A stretch of 64,000 nt of DNA from Azolla caroliniana (taxonomy: Eukaryota > Plantae > Polypodiophyta): contig JBHGNT010000011.1 in the NCBI GenBank assembly GCA_043228905.1, positions 372,001 to 436,000 on the forward strand. Direction: 5' to 3'. Positions 27,309 through 41,457 of this stretch are shown here, in pieces (positions within the stretch are counted from its first letter, which is position 1; each line of letters starts with the position of its first letter). The notes under the pieces were generated by a model. That model was not told the DNA's origin. It did not search any database and was given only the letters and a program-made list of their open reading frames with translations. The position numbers and the translations under genes are program-made.

Positions 27309-27724
27309 AGGTAGGTGATCCACACACCACCTAAGAAATAATCATGTTTTCCCATTCTAAGACCGTAGTAAAATTCTATGGATGGTTGAAATTACAAACA
27401 TCATCCTTTTTTCAGTTATATTATTGGGTTGTCTTTTTACAACATGCAAATTTACAAGTGTTGTAGGTGGAAAAGGTTTTATAATTAATTAATCACAATT
27501 CGATTCATTAAACAAAGAAGATTGTGCGAGATTTTGATTTATTTACAAATTTATATTATTTTCCAAAGCGAGGATAAACAAGGTTGAGGGAAGTGTAACC
27601 TTTGTAGCTGAAGAGATTGGTAATAAACTCAAGGTTTATTTGCTAATTCATTGATTGTAAAAGAAACAAACACGTAACATGTGAAGCAAGGGTTTTGAAC
27701 CTTAGTTGTTTCTCTCACCTATTT

Positions 27725-28164
27725 TGTTGGAGCTAGATCTTATTGTAAGAATGAGATAAGGATATAATAGATATATAGAAATGAGAGGAGAGAGAGAGAA
27801 AGAAGTTGTCGATCCACATGAGCACCCTCGAGCGAAGGGATCGAGAAGAACTCAAGCCTCGATCGGTGTCCCATACCGTTGTCGTGGCCTCGAGTCGCTC
27901 GCTACTAGAGTTGATCCACCACAAGGACAAAGTCTCAACATAGTCAAAAGATATCAAATGAGGATAAGTAGGCCTCAGATTTATAGTCAGACCTAAGGTC
28001 CGCAGGCCAATTCACACTTAGCCTTAATGGGTTGTCTCAATCCCAAGGATTTAAATTAATCCTTCCCTTATTTACACTCTCGGTTAACCGTCAAACATTA
28101 TCCTTGTCTATAAATTACGGTGGTAAAACTTACCGCGGGATATTATATGATCATACCCGTAACA
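27725..28164 (-). mobile_element. Solo LTR (440 bp)
   Basis: TGTTG...TAACA termini, perfect 5-bp TSD TATTT, TATA-like motif and CT-rich tract on the minus strand. Inserted in a short degenerate repeat. Confidence 0.8.
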
Positions 28165-28819
28165 TATTTCATATGTGCACAAGAACATGTATAAAGGAAG
28201 GATTTTGAACATTCGTTGATTTACTCACCTACGTCATATGTGTGTTGGCTCATTCTTATTGAACCATGAGCATCTAGTTTGATGGAGGATCAATTTAGCT
28301 ATTATATCTGTATTTTAAAGAACTATGCAGAGGTTTTTGAACCTTAGTAACTGATTACTCACCCATTTCATATGTGGACAAGCACATGTAGAGGAAGGAT
28401 TTTGAACCTTTGTTAATTTACTCGCCTACTTCGTATTTGTGTTGGTTCATTTTTATTAGATCGTGAGCTTCTAGCTTCATGGAAAATCAATTTAGCTATC
28501 TATGTATAAAGAATTATGTAAATGAAGAAATATCTTTCAACATGGTATTCAAGCCATTACCATAAGCTCTTGTTTCTCCACTTTACAAGCTAAGAATTTT
28601 TTTTTTGTACAATTTTACTACTCATGGGAAACCTCAAATTGAGGTGAGAACCCACAAAGAATAAAGAAAAATATACAAGTGTCAATTAGACACTAAAGAG
28701 TTTAAAAGCACTCCAAGTAAAGATTGTATATTTGTAGTGTGATGGCTCTAAGTTGTAGACAATCAAATAGAGATTGCCTAAGGGATTGCTTAAAGAAGCT
28801 AACTTCATGCATTTAGTTT

Positions 28820-29370
28820 CACTCAAAGACCTTATTACTGCGGGCTATCCAAATGGTCCACAATGCCCAAAATTATGTCCATTGGAGAAAATAGGCATTG
28901 TTGGATAGGGTGCACGGAATTTGTCCAAATATCAAAAAGTGTTCCCAAACCTTCGGTGACGAAATCTGTGATAAAGAGATACACTTAGTCTTTGTACAAA
29001 TGTTGTAGTGAATGAGCAAGTCCATAATAAGGGTGGGACTATTTCCAATCGTCCACCACATCTTGCACAATTCGACGAGGCTATCAATCTCTTTTAAAAA
29101 TTTGATCTAGTCAGGACCCAATAGGCATCTCCAAAGGAATACCTGTTGCTTAAGTGGAAGACCAAAGCTCCATAAGCTTGTAAGCCCGTTTTTCCACCAG
29201 GACTGCATTTTGTGCAGGTTACATAATGCATTTGCATGTTTGTGAAACCGTGGGATAGGTTGCAACAACATATACACTGAACGTGTTGTAATGTTATGCA
29301 TCGGAATAACAACGTTCCCTTTCGGTAACATCCAATCCTAGATCTTGCGATCTCCATCAAGAGGTAGCAC
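28820..29370 (-). pseudogene. Degenerate L1-type LINE ORF2 C-terminus (zf-RVT region)
   Basis: The minus strand encodes CARCGGRLEIVPPLLWTC and ALWTIWIARSNKVF among stops and frameshifts. Confidence 0.65.
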
Positions 29371-30287
29371 AAATACTAAAGAAAGTACCAACTCTATAAC
29401 TTGATTCTAGATAATGTGATGATGTGGCCCAATACTATAACAACATGTCATGTCATTGAAGTGCAATAAGTGACATGGTCAGTTATCACATCTGCAATTG
29501 ATTTCAGCCCCTTCTTTGCTAAAAAATAAGCTTTCCTAGGCTCTTGTTCAGCTAGTGATTGTGGGAATATGTATAGCATTCCAATGTAAGCTCTCGAGAC
29601 TTAAAGATCCTTTCCACTCATTGCTCATAATCTTATTATTGGTCATTGTTCTAGTCATAACCTAGGACATATATATTTTAGTTCTTAATTGGTAATGATT
29701 ATATGTTCTGATTATTAGTCATTACACTACTCTTTTTTATGCTTAGTAGGAGCTAGAAGGCTTCAATTGATCTATTTTCTAGCTCTCTTTCAAACTACCG
29801 ATATTCTTTACATTTATTAAATCTAAGAAAGATTTTTGTTCGAAGTCATATTCCACATTTGTAGAAATGAATGTTATTGCGTTGTGGCGATGTTGTCATG
29901 ATGTGGTAGGTCAAAAAGGTTGGAAAGTGACAAAAAAAAGTGATAAAGAAAGTGTGGAGTGTATGAAAAATTAAGAGAGAGAATGTGCAGCTTGTGGGAA
30001 AAAGGGTCAACTTAATAGGAAATCTTAGAAATTAATAGGTTGTCATATGGCCACCAACACACAACCAGTTCCCTCTCCATCTCCGTATGTATCAATTAAA
30101 AAATATATACTTATATATACACACATCTATATATAATTTTTTATTTCCTTTAACGACTCTCTTATAACAAATTTTTAATAGTTATGGTTTAGGGCAAGGT
30201 CATTGGAGTCATAAACAACGATGTTGCAAAAATCTCAATCTAAAAGGAGAGTTTCCATCCATTTTTGGAAATGAGTAAATAAGATTT

Positions 30288-30620
30288 ATTTTGATTAGAA
30301 TTATATTCAAGAAATTTCATATTAGGGTTGATTTTGGAAGCAATAAATTTCTAAATAGAATAAATTCTAAAAATTTCATATTAGGATTGATTTTGAAAGC
30401 AATAAAATTAGAATAAGAGTTTAGAAATTTCATATTAAGGTTGATTTTAGAGGAAACAAAGTTCTGATTAGAATAAGATTATATAAGTTATGTGATTAGT
30501 GTTGATTCTAGTAGCAATAAATCTTTGATTAGAATCAGATTCTAGAAACTAATAATAAGGGTTTATTTTGGAAGCAATAAAGCTTTGATTAGAATCAATT
30601 CTAGAAATTACGTTATTAAG
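30288..30620. repeat. ~59-bp AT-rich tandem repeat, ~6 copies
   Basis: Recurring TTTCATATTAGGGTTGATTTTGGAAGCAATAAA...TAGAAT. Confidence 0.8.
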
Positions 30621-32479
30621 GCTCCACGTATGAAATAAAATATGATTAGGGTTTAATTAATAGACTAGTATAACACAAAAATTGTGAGGATTGTGCTAAC
30701 ATTCTCTTAGACCAAATTTCTTTTAAAGCTTTGATTAGAATTAGATTACACATGTCTAGCTTAATGAACATAGCTGACTAATTCCTCCCTATCTTAGGGT
30801 GTTGAACTTTGCAAAGTTCTACAAGACAAAGGACGATTTCAACAAGGTATATGGTTTGTCACTAGGGGTATTCACCTTGCAGTGGTAATAGACAAAATGG
30901 TTACTGATGTAGAGTGGTTGTTAGTCCACAAAGTAACCAGAGTTAAAGATAAAGGTGGAGGTGAAGCATGTATGTCTTGAGTTGTACATGAACTCATCAA
31001 GTTTCACCAAAAAGTGCATCAAGAGATACCTATCAACAATGAGTTTTTAATTGCATTCGAAAGAGTGTTTGCCTACGAGAATTGTCAAATTGAGAAGGAA
31101 GTGTCTAACCCTTAATTGTATAGGGTAACAAAAATGCCTATAAGTGAGGCATTGATAGAACATTGTTGCAAGATGGGAACTTGCAATAGAAGATGGCAAG
31201 ATTTTGGAGTATGGGAGTTGATGATACAACCACCGACTAACAACAAATAGGCAAGGAGACATCACACGGACACAACAATAAAACCAATGTCAATGATACA
31301 TGGGAGACATTGATTCAGTCAATGCTACAAAATGTTCATGAAGCCCATGGAGCATTGGAAGCAACAAAGGCTGACCGAGAGAAAGCAATATTTGATGCTA
31401 GTGTGGAAAGCAAGGTCAGGATGACTATCACATCAATGTGGACCAAGATTGATATTGCTCAACGTAGAGAATCTAGCTAGTTATGGACATCTAGGTTCTT
31501 ACAATGAACTTGGATCGTCTAGGGCTTAAACATGTTGCACAAGCAACAATGTTCCAAAACTCCAAGTCGATGTTGTTACCCATAGCAGATGTATAGGGAG
31601 GTGTAAGGGTGAAAGATGATAGAGTGGTTGTTGTGCATGTGTAATGTATATGAGTGTGAGTGTGAGGATGAGTATGTGTATGAACACATGCACATTTGTG
31701 TGCATGTGTACAAAGATGAGAAAGGGGTAAGTGGTGTAACCATCTACTTGTCTTGTGAACGTTAATTGTAACGGTTACCTCTTGTAGATATGTAAACCCC
31801 AACCATGGGGCATGAAAGGGATAGAAGAAGTTTCCCTCCAATTTGTGTCTGTCTCTCTTTCTCTATTCTCTATTTCTCTCCCTCTCTCTCTCTCTCTCCA
31901 TCTCGCTTCCTCACTCTCGAACCCCCTTTGAAGATCCAACCCCCACCTACCCCCACCTATTAACAATGTCATTATTTCTTGCTCTTCATTCTTCCTCATT
32001 CGATGAATGATAAAGCAATAAAATTTTCTTCAAATTCTAGGAATAATACCAAAATCAAGAAAACAACTAGTATGTTGCCTTAAAAAACAAGTACAATTTG
32101 TGGAGGGAATGGTAAGGTCAAGATAGGAATATGACCTCACCATTCCTGCCCCCTTACCAAAAGTAGTAATTGGAGGACAACGTACGTTGGCTATTCAAGC
32201 CACATGCATTACTTGTGGCTTAGCCATTGTGGACACAATTGCCACCATGTTTTTTTTTCGATAAAAAATATGCTCCATTGGTGGCTGAATTTGATTCCAC
32301 ATACTGAATATGTAACCAAATTATGAAAGCTCTTCGCTCCATGGGATAAAATGCAATGGGCCGCCTTAAATAGTGCCCATCTATTATCTGCCATATCGAA
32401 ATGAGCATGCCCTTCATCTCCACTAAAATTTAAAATGTACATGTAATGAATCTCCCTATAAAATAAGATGATCTACATC

Positions 32480-34379
32480 CTCGTCACCTCAAAAAGAGAA
32501 AATCTGCTTCAATCCCCCACCATCTTCATTCACTCCTTATCACAAAACAAAATTCTGCTTTGGTCAGTTCGCATCAACCATCTCGCTGCTTACCACCAAA
32601 GTCCTGTAAAAATAACAACACAAAGAGTCTCATGTGTTTCTCATCCCCTCAAGATCTGCTTCAGCCATCCCCCACCATCATCACTCCTAACAATCGGCAA
32701 AGGTTCGGTTTGAACCGAACTAAACCGCGAAACCGCAATTTAACGGTTTAACGGTTCGGTTCAAGTTTGGGTTTTTTTTAACGGTTCAGTTTGGTTTTAG
32801 TAGTCTAAAAACTGGGGTTTAAACGGTTTAACGGTTTTTTTATTTTTTTAAAAAATAAAAAATTGTAAAAAAAAATTTTAAATTTGCTTTTAAACAATCT
32901 TTTCATTTTTAGACCTTATCCTCATATTTAGGAACATTTTTAAAAATTTTAAAAATTAAAAATAATGAAATATTGTAAATTTAAAAAATTTAAAAATTTG
33001 ACCTAAACCGAAACTGAACTATGAAACCGCGGTTTTTGCGGTTTAACGGTTTACCGCTTTGAAAATTTGTAAACGGTTCGGTTTAACGGTTTCATGGTTC
33101 GGTTCGGTTTGGTTCAAGTTTCAATATTTTTAAACGGTTCGGTTTGGGCCCTCTCGAACCGAACCGAACCGTTGCCGATTGTTAATCACTCCTAAAAACA
33201 AACAAATTGCTTCATTTAGTCCACATCAACCATCTCGCCAAATACCAACAAGGTCCTGTACCAATAACAACCAAATAAGTGAAAATTATTTCCTCATCCT
33301 CTCATGATCTGCTTCAGCCCTCACACCATCAACACTCATCCTCCCCTCATGACAAATATGCTTCAAACCCCATCGCCATCATCGCTCAACCTATGATAAC
33401 CATAACTTCTTAACTCGACCCACATCTAAAATGCATCTCGTTAACCCACTGGCCATAATAATCCGTTTCACCCCCCCACACCAACATCACTCACCCTGAT
33501 CACAAAAAACAAAAAACCATTTTCGACATGTCCACTTCCACCATCTCGCTATCTCTGATTATCTCAGATTCCCACCTCTTACTGCTAAAATCCAACAATG
33601 GCATGTCCAAATAACAACAAAATAAGTGACAAATGTTTTCCTCCTCCCCACATGATCTGCTTCAACCCTCACACCATCATCACTCATCCTCTAGCCATGA
33701 TACTTATACTTCAAACCCCATCACCAACTAACGCAGCCCACATATTCAACATCTCGTTAACCCCTTTGCCTTGCCGCCGAATACCGGGAAAATCCTGTAC
33801 TGACAACCAAAAAAGAGTGTAAAAAAACAATTCCTCACCTTCTCATAATAAACGGCTTCATCCCCCACACCAACATCACTCATCCTGCTCACAAAAATAG
33901 AAAACCAAGTTCGTCATATCCACATCCACCATCTCGCTACCTCTAGTTATCTTAGGATTTCAACCTATTACCACTAAAATCCACCAAGGTCCTGTCCAAA
34001 TAACAATCAAAATAAGTGAAAAATGTTTTCCTCATCCCCTCATGATCTACTTTAGCCCTCACACATCACCACTCATCTTGCCACTTATGCTTCGAATCCC
34101 GTCGCCATCATCCCTAAACCTATGAGAACCATAACTTAACCCACATCTTCAATCTTCAGCATCTCGCTAACCCTCTTGCCATGTCGCCGATTACTGGTCA
34201 AATCCTATACTAACAACCAATATATGAGTGTAAAAGAAAAAAAACAAAAGTGTGAAAGTCTCATAATAAACTGCTTCATCCCCCACACTAACATCACTCA
34301 TCCTGCTCACAAAAACAAAAAACCAACTTCGTCATGTCCACATCCACCATCTCACTATCTCCGATTATCTCAGGATTTC
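32480..34379. repeat. Degenerate C-rich tandem array (higher-order unit ~390-420 bp)
   Basis: CCACCATCTCGCTA and ATGATCTGCTTCA.CCC blocks recur, e.g. at ~33512, ~33901 and ~34319. Confidence 0.75.
32688..33184. mobile_element. hAT-type MITE
   Basis: TIRs TAACAATCGGCAA/TTGCCGATTGTTA, perfect 8-bp TSD ATCACTCC, many AACCG/CGGTT subterminal motifs, non-coding. Confidence 0.9.
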
Positions 34380-34453
34380 TGCTGACACTAGTTGAAATCT
34401 TTGTACATTCCAAGAGCCTTCCTACATGCCGCAACCGCCTCGTCCCTGTTAAC

Positions 34454-34900
34454 TCATGTTGTTTGCAGTAAGAATGGTGACGATGGCAGGAACAACCACC
34501 GAGGTGGTATGTAATTCCACCTGACCTCAGCGCCTGCATCTAACATTATAGGAATAGCTGACCAAACTTGGTGAATTCTCCGTCTTTTCCGAATAGTTGT
34601 GTTTTCAAAACCCTTATAACTATCATAATCACCTTTAACCGTATGTACCAATAAGTTCCAAAAAGACTTTACTTGTTCCACAACGTGAGTGTTTTCATCA
34701 TTGTATAACTTGGAACACCTAGCTCTCCAAAGAACCCATAAAGCCAACGAGGAGACAATCTGCCAAACATAACTTCGCGAGAAGATCTTGATTCCATGCA
34801 AGGAACTTGAGGTAGAATATACGTGAAAACTTCTTACATTTAAAGAGAATTGCCACCATGTTGGTGCAACTCCAAGCATGCTAGCATACATATCATTCAA
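34454..34900 (-). pseudogene. L1-type LINE ORF2 C-terminal fragment
   Basis: ALWVLWRARCSKLY...FW...WNYIPP resembles the post-zf-RVT W-rich motif of plant L1 elements. Confidence 0.55.
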
Positions 34901-35174
34901 CTTGTTTTACATTCACTTGTCACACTGCAACAATGTGTTTGCGGGATTGCAACATAGTTCTCTCCCTGAAGAGTGGACAAAATAGACTTGTAAGTTTGCT
35001 AGACTACTATCTACAAAGGATAAGTTGTTGTAGTAGGTAATTGTGTAAGGCATCAAAAAGTGATAGCGAAACATCTAAGGTAATGAACAGTAGTAGCTAA
35101 ATAGATATGGAAGTGGAAGAGTAATAGCTAATTAGCTAAGCCCATGAAAGTCTAGTGGTAGCAAATTACCTATG

Positions 35175-35804
35175 CTAGCAAAGAGTGGTAACTACATAGG
35201 TAAGGCTAGTAAGAGAAGTAGTCAATAAATACGGTGGCTTCTTTACATTTATGGCGTGGGCACTATGTCGCGTAATGTTCGGGTTGTTCGGGCGGAACAT
35301 TCGTATCCGTAGGTGTAGCTTGCTCCTCTTGGTTTTGCTACATTCTTCTGGAATTCCGAGGTCGTTGCCGCTAGTCCCCGAGTGACTCATGACATTGGTC
35401 ATCCTCCGAACTTTCGTAGTAACGCCGTTGGTCCCTATATTGTCGGTTTTTCCCATGTGAGTGAGGCCCATTGAATCCTCCACGATTGTGTGCCGAATGA
35501 CGGTTGTCGTAATGATGCCCCCCTCTACTTTATCAATTAGTAGACCTATATTCATCATCTCCCCGATCTTCTTCATCGGAATATGGGTCGTTGTTACGGA
35601 TGGTTCAGAATGGGTGTTCTTCGTGTGGGTTTCGGTCCGCATACCACAAGTGATCCTTCTGCCGTTCTTGACCATTCTTGCGATATTGCCGTTGTGGTTC
35701 CATGCGACGTACGACAGGTGCAGGTCTGTTCATATTATATTCACATTGCTCCACTGTGTGCGCCTTTGAGTGGCAAATCGGGCAATGAAATTGTATATTG
35801 CATT
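35175..35804 (-). pseudogene. gag fragment of a fourth related gypsy element (D), host of element C
   Basis: CNIQFHCPICHSKAHTVEQCEYN matches the gag of element A (CLLCHSKSHTMERCEYN). Cut at 35805 by the LTR of element C. Confidence 0.75.
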
Positions 35805-36273
35805 TGTTGTTCGGTCGACACTAACTATTTACCGATACAGTATAAGACGAACGTTCATTCCGAACGTTCTATCAAGAAGTTGTGGTTAAACGAATAGAGA
35901 CGTATTGGTTGTAAACTGATCGGTGATAAGAGACACCAAGATCGTTACATAGATAATAAGTTTAGATAGAAGGAAATAATTAACAAGCCAAGATGATTCG
36001 TACACAGTACACCGATTCGTACACAGAGATTTCCTAACTAAACTTTCTATTACTAAATAAACGATAGGTTTTTACAATGCCTTCGGTTCCTTTTATAGGC
36101 ACCCTGAAGGTCTTTTCTCATCAAGAAATACTACTCCTATAATTATCAAGAATTACAAAATTTCATAACTAACTATCTACTTTTCGGCTCTGTGTTGAGT
36201 CATCGATCCGACTCCGACTCCAATTCCAAACTCCTTCTGACTTTGACGCTTTCATACCTATCCGGGTAGCACT

Positions 36274-36288
36274 TGGCACGCCCGTGGG
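36274..36288 (-). promoter_or_regulatory. tRNA-Arg 3'-end-like motif at the PPT position of element C
   Basis: Element-sense CCCACGGGCGTGCCA-AG-TG(LTR). Confidence 0.7.
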
Positions 36289-39200
36289 CCAGGACGTTGT
36301 CCGGCGAACCCACGGTATCCTCCACTCCTGCTGATCGTCATCTGAATCTTCGTCTGTGTCGTCGTCCAGGATGTCAAACAATGAAGGTTCTCCTTCGTGC
36401 CTTGGTTTGAAATCAGCATCCTCGTCTTCATCTTCGGTGTCTTCCTCGTTGTCGGTCGATGGTTTTGGTGGTGTTGTTTCCGATGTTCCCAGTCCAGGTG
36501 TCTTGCTTACTCTTTCGGCTTCAATATGGTCCAACGAGACCGACGTATCGACATCATGCTTGTCGAATTCTTGCATGATTCGGTTAATTTCCTCTTTTTA
36601 AGAAGCCGCTATTTCATAGATGTACTTAGCAATATCCTCATGTATAGTAGCTATTGCTTCCTGCAACATCTTGAAGAAGCCTGATCCATGAGCTTTCCGA
36701 TTTTCTTTGTCGGCGCGTAATAATTGAAGTTCTGCATCTTGCGCCGACCATGTTTTCCACCCTTTTTCCAACGATTCGTTGACCAGGTTGAGGGTATTAA
36801 GTTGGTGACGTCGTATTAATGCTTGAACCTTCTCTTGAGTCATACTTACCTCTAACTATGTTGTTGCCAATCTTTTCCGTAAATCAGTAATCACTGTATT
36901 GGTAACTCCTTCGGCTACGTATAGGTAAAGCCTCCTTTGCTCGAATATGTTTTGTATTTCTGCACATTGCCTCTCCAACTTTACTTTCTCTGCATTCTAG
37001 TCATTCTGCTGCTGAATAATTTTGTTGTTGAATTCTTCTATGATATGGTCTCTTCGAGCCAACTATGTTGTGAAACAAACTTCTTGAGTTATCACATATT
37101 CCTCCAGTTCGTCGACTTGTTCCACATATTGCCTTGTATCCTCTTGTTGTTGCTCTAGTTGTCCGTGTAGATCTCGTAACATATTATCTTTTTTGGCTAA
37201 ACATTTGTCGGCTTCTGCTTTTGCCACCTTCAATTGCACCTCCATTTCTTTTACTCTGGTCTCGGCCTTTTCTGCCCTAATTTCTGCTTCCCTTCGCGCT
37301 TGTTCGGCTTGTTCCAACTTTTGTTGTAGTTCTGATTACGAGTCCAAAGGTTGACTTTGTGACTCTAGCTGTTTTATATATTTACTTGCCTTTTCCAAAA
37401 CTACTTGGTCTTTTTGCAGTTGATCCTTCAACCGCTGATTCTCTTCCTGCCGTTGTACACACCATGCATTAAGCACATCTGTTGTTGTTGTTGCCTGCTT
37501 ATACATTTCAGCCATATCCCTGGTGGCTCGACTAGCCTTCTCATACTCTTTGTGGACTTTGACTAATGCCTCATGTAGAGGTGGCATTTGGATAGCCTCA
37601 CCTCTATTCTTTGCATTACGTTGTCGGCCGATTCTGTCCACTTCGGCTTGTTCTTCCAGCTCAACTGCTCCGCTCAACGATTTCTGGATCATTATCTGAT
37701 CCTTGTGTTCTTGGGGCATCCTTTCCGACACTTGTAGTCTTCGAGCTAACCATTCTACCAGTTCATAGGATGTTACGAACTGCAGAATGGCAGCTAGTTC
37801 ATGTGTTGCTGCCGGAATGTCCGAAAAACCAAGTGCTTCTTGCACTGTTGCTGTTGAAGCTTGCCCTTTCTGAAGTCATGTCACGTCATTGGGGTTGACA
37901 CGAGGTACCTGTGGAAATGAAGGAACTTCTTCTGTGTTGGTTTTTTGTTTCTTCTGTGCCGGTTCTTGTTCTGGTTTAGAGTACCATTGGGCTCTTTGTT
38001 TCACCCTTCCTTGCCTTGGCTGTTTCTTGCTGTTGTGTTTGTTACTCAACGGGTAACGACTCTTGTTGTTGCGTCGCTGGTTCCTGCTCATGTTCGGGTT
38101 GTGGTGTCGATTGTTGAAACTATGTCGATTGTTGTTGCTCCAATTCTCTTTGTTGTGTTGGTTCGGACTGTTCGAACTCGGTATGAGTAGTGTCGGCGTG
38201 CACCGACTCTTCCTCTCTCCACTCTTCTCGTGGAACTTGTCGATGTGTTCGGGATGGTTGTACCGGAGGCGGTCGCCGTACCTCCGATCGGTTTTCCGAC
38301 TCTTGTGGCGGAAATAATACCGACAGCCAATGAGCAAAAATGAACACCGTGTAGTTGCTCTCTCCGAGCTTCTGCTGATAGTAATGCCTAGTCGAAAACT
38401 TCGCATTCATAGGTGGCAATAATGAACCCAACCCTTTTCTTAGGCATGCAATAGAATCGGGGACTGACAAACCCTATTTCCAATAAAAATCTTGCAACCT
38501 CATGAAAAAACTCATCCCTACCTCCATATGTCTGATATGTCTTGGCCGAGGGTGAGTATTCTCTGAAGTAAGATCGCAACCCTTCTTCCGATACTTTCTT
38601 TACAACATCGAAGCCTCCTCTTTGCATCCCTAACGCTTGTCGAACCTTTTTGTTTGTAATCTTAGAGACATCGATTTCTTCCATTAGAGCTTCTGCTTGT
38701 GGGTGTGGTTGGCCTTTGCAACTTTGATGAATCCTTGCAGATTTTTATGAATAAGCCATTGGCGCAAATCATCAAAAACTGGTATTGGCATCTCGTCATC
38801 ATCGGTGGATAGAACGTCGCTTGGTGATTGTGAAGGAAAGCTCTGCTGGCGATGGTGAAGAATGTTACTCCTTAGGGCTGGACAATAGCCTAACACAGGG
38901 TGTCTATGGAAGACACTTCACCAAACGGGTGTTACGGCGAGATAACTTAGGCTTAACGATTGATCAAACCCTAATCAGTTACTTAAGCAATATGTCATTA
39001 ACTTTTATACACGCGTAAGATAGAGCAATTAGCACAGAACGGTAATCAATACACAGGAATAAGACAATGAACTTCTATTAATTATCCATCAAAATTTTAC
39101 AATGTAATTGGGCCTTTTTATAGGTCACCAGCTCTAGGTATAAAACGGTGCCAACCGGCACCTGTTCGGAACCGGTCCGGATCCGGATCGGCATACCGAT

Positions 39201-39319
39201 TCCGGTCCGTCCGTTCACTTCTCATTAATTACTTAATTATAGTAAATTCCCGAATATAATTCCTCTCCCGCATTCTGGTCTTGAATTTCCTTTATCTCCT
39301 TTGCTGACCAGTCAACACA

Positions 39320-39334
39320 TGGCATGCCCGTGGG
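39320..39334 (-). promoter_or_regulatory. tRNA-Arg 3'-end-like motif at the PPT position of element A
   Basis: Element-sense CCCACGGGCATGCCA-TG-TG(LTR). Confidence 0.7.
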
Positions 39335-41177
39335 AAAGTACCTTGCACGTCGAATGCCACTAACTAGCTCTTAATCCTCGTCCAAGATATCCAGAATGCT
39401 CTGAACAAGGGATTCTGATGGTTCCACGGGAATCGGCTCCGTCTGCGGCTACTGCTCCTGCTGTTGCGTTAGCTGTTGTTGTTGTTGCGTTGGCTGTTAT
39501 TGTTGCTGTGGCTCCGGCTCCTCCAATCGTTGCTCCTTCGATGGCGTCTGTCCGACTCCCGGTACCAGCGGTTGTTGCGGAGGTTCTTCCCTTGGCTGCT
39601 CTGCCTGCTTTGACTATGGTTGGCTCGTCCCCGCCTTGTCTCCGTCCGGTCCTTGCCCCGACGATAGCTCCTCATCGCTGAGATTGACTGTCGCCGCATT
39701 CTTCGCTGCTTCTTGTCGTAGCCTCTCCCTTTCATAGCTCTCAAACTAGATTTGATTATCCAGCCGATCATCATCTAGTTGTGCTACGAGTTGCCGGACC
39801 ACTGCTAATTGCTCATCCGCCAAAGATACGAAGTCATCCGCCAATTCATCTTTCAGGACAGTGAAGTCCTCCTTGGTCAGCATGTAGCAATCGTCGCCGT
39901 CCTTTATCCGGTTTTCTGCATCCGCCCTCAACAACTGGAGCTCGGCTGTATGTTTTGCCCATTTTTCCCACCATTGCACGAAGTTGTCTTCAATCAAGCG
40001 TTTTATTCTATTTCTCCATGCCTGGATGATGAAACGGATCCGCTCTAGCCCCATCTTTGACTTGTCTTCTGCGGCCTGCCACTCGTCCTTTAATTGCTTG
40101 ATCAGCTTTGCCATGACTGCCTCCTACTCCCTGTAGTGCGACAATTGATTCTGGTATGTGGTTTGCACCCTTTGCAATGTCATTGTCGCTCTCTTAGTTT
40201 CCGCATAATGTTATGCATGGAGCTCCATTTGTTCACGTGCCGCTTCATCTAGTAGCTTTGTCCTTTCAGCCCATTCGCCTGCTAACGTCGTCTCGGCCCA
40301 CTGAACTTCCTGTCGGAGCTCCGCCATCTTCTCCTGCTGCTTCTTGTGTTCCGTATCCAGATGCTTATAGTCACGGTGCAAGTGATCAAAATCATCTTTC
40401 TTTTGCTTCAGCTTCTGGTTGATTTGGTGGCGAACGCGGGCTTCCCAGTTTTTTTGCTGCCGGAGTTCCTCCTTGAGCCTTTCAATCTCCATTTCCGCCA
40501 TTCTTCACAGCTTGTCCTTCTCTTGCAGCACTTTTTCTTTCTCTCCTTAAGGCGGTCGTAAGCTTGGTGTCCTTTTCGCAGATTCTCTTCTGCCCGGCGG
40601 AGGTTATCAATAGTCTTCTGTTCTTCTTCTGCCGCTTTCTCCAAGTCACATTTTCGGGTTCTTAAGGCTTCTTGTGCGGCCAGTTCATCTTTTAGTTAGG
40701 CAAGCTCTTGTGCTTGCGCCGCAACTACATCCGAGACTGGTTCTGTCACTGGGGTCTTATTAATATGTACAGTTGTCGGTGTGTCATTATTCTGTACATT
40801 TACCGGAGCCACCGGTTCTTGTTGCTGTGGTCCTGTTAAGGCCATCTTGGCCAACTCTTCTGTGGCGATTTCCAAGTCTCGTTCTAAGCTCCGGATTCTT
40901 GACCGGGCCGTCTCTAGTTCTCTAGTTGTGGCTAGCAACTGATCCATTTGTGCTTTTTCTTCTGCGTCCATATACTGCCCCACTCCGGCTATTTGGTCCC
41001 CAATCCACCGTCGCCATTGACTATTGGTGCCTTGTTGTTGCACACGCGCGGAGGGTTGGCTGCTGTCACCGCGAGCTAGTGGTTGGTCTTGTCTGGTTGC
41101 CTCGATTTGCAACTTTGGCTCTGGTTGGTCAGTGTGCGGCAGCTGTGGCTCTGGGTGTGCCTCCGTTGGCTTTTTCG

Positions 41178-41457
41178 GCTCTGGTTGTGCTTGATGTACT
41201 GGTGATGTGGGCAACTGATTCACCAGCTCCTAAATCAAGAGTCTTTCCATGTCCTGACCCGCCGGTATGGCCTGCTGTGCAGGGAGTTCTGTGCCCGGTT
41301 CTGTTCGAACCGGTTCTGCTCTGGTTGTGCTTGATGTACTGGTGATGTGGGCAACTGATTCACCAGCTCCTGAATCAAGAGTCTTTCCATGTCCTGACCC
41401 GCCGGTATGGCCTACTGCGCAGGGAGTTCTATGCCCGGTTCTGTTCGAACCGGTTCT
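41178..41457. repeat. 140-bp tandem duplication in the extra ORF of element A
   Basis: GCTCTGGTTGTGCTTGATGTACTGG... starts at 41178 and again at 41318. Confidence 0.85.

Noticed and set aside
30780-32450. Decayed coding-like sequence (possible transposase)
   Set aside because: Many stops and no motif I can assign.
39318-39334. Interpreting the inverted PBS as the true PBS of an opposite-strand element
   Set aside because: gag, pol and the extra ORF all run the other way, and A and B have proper PBSs at the opposite LTR.
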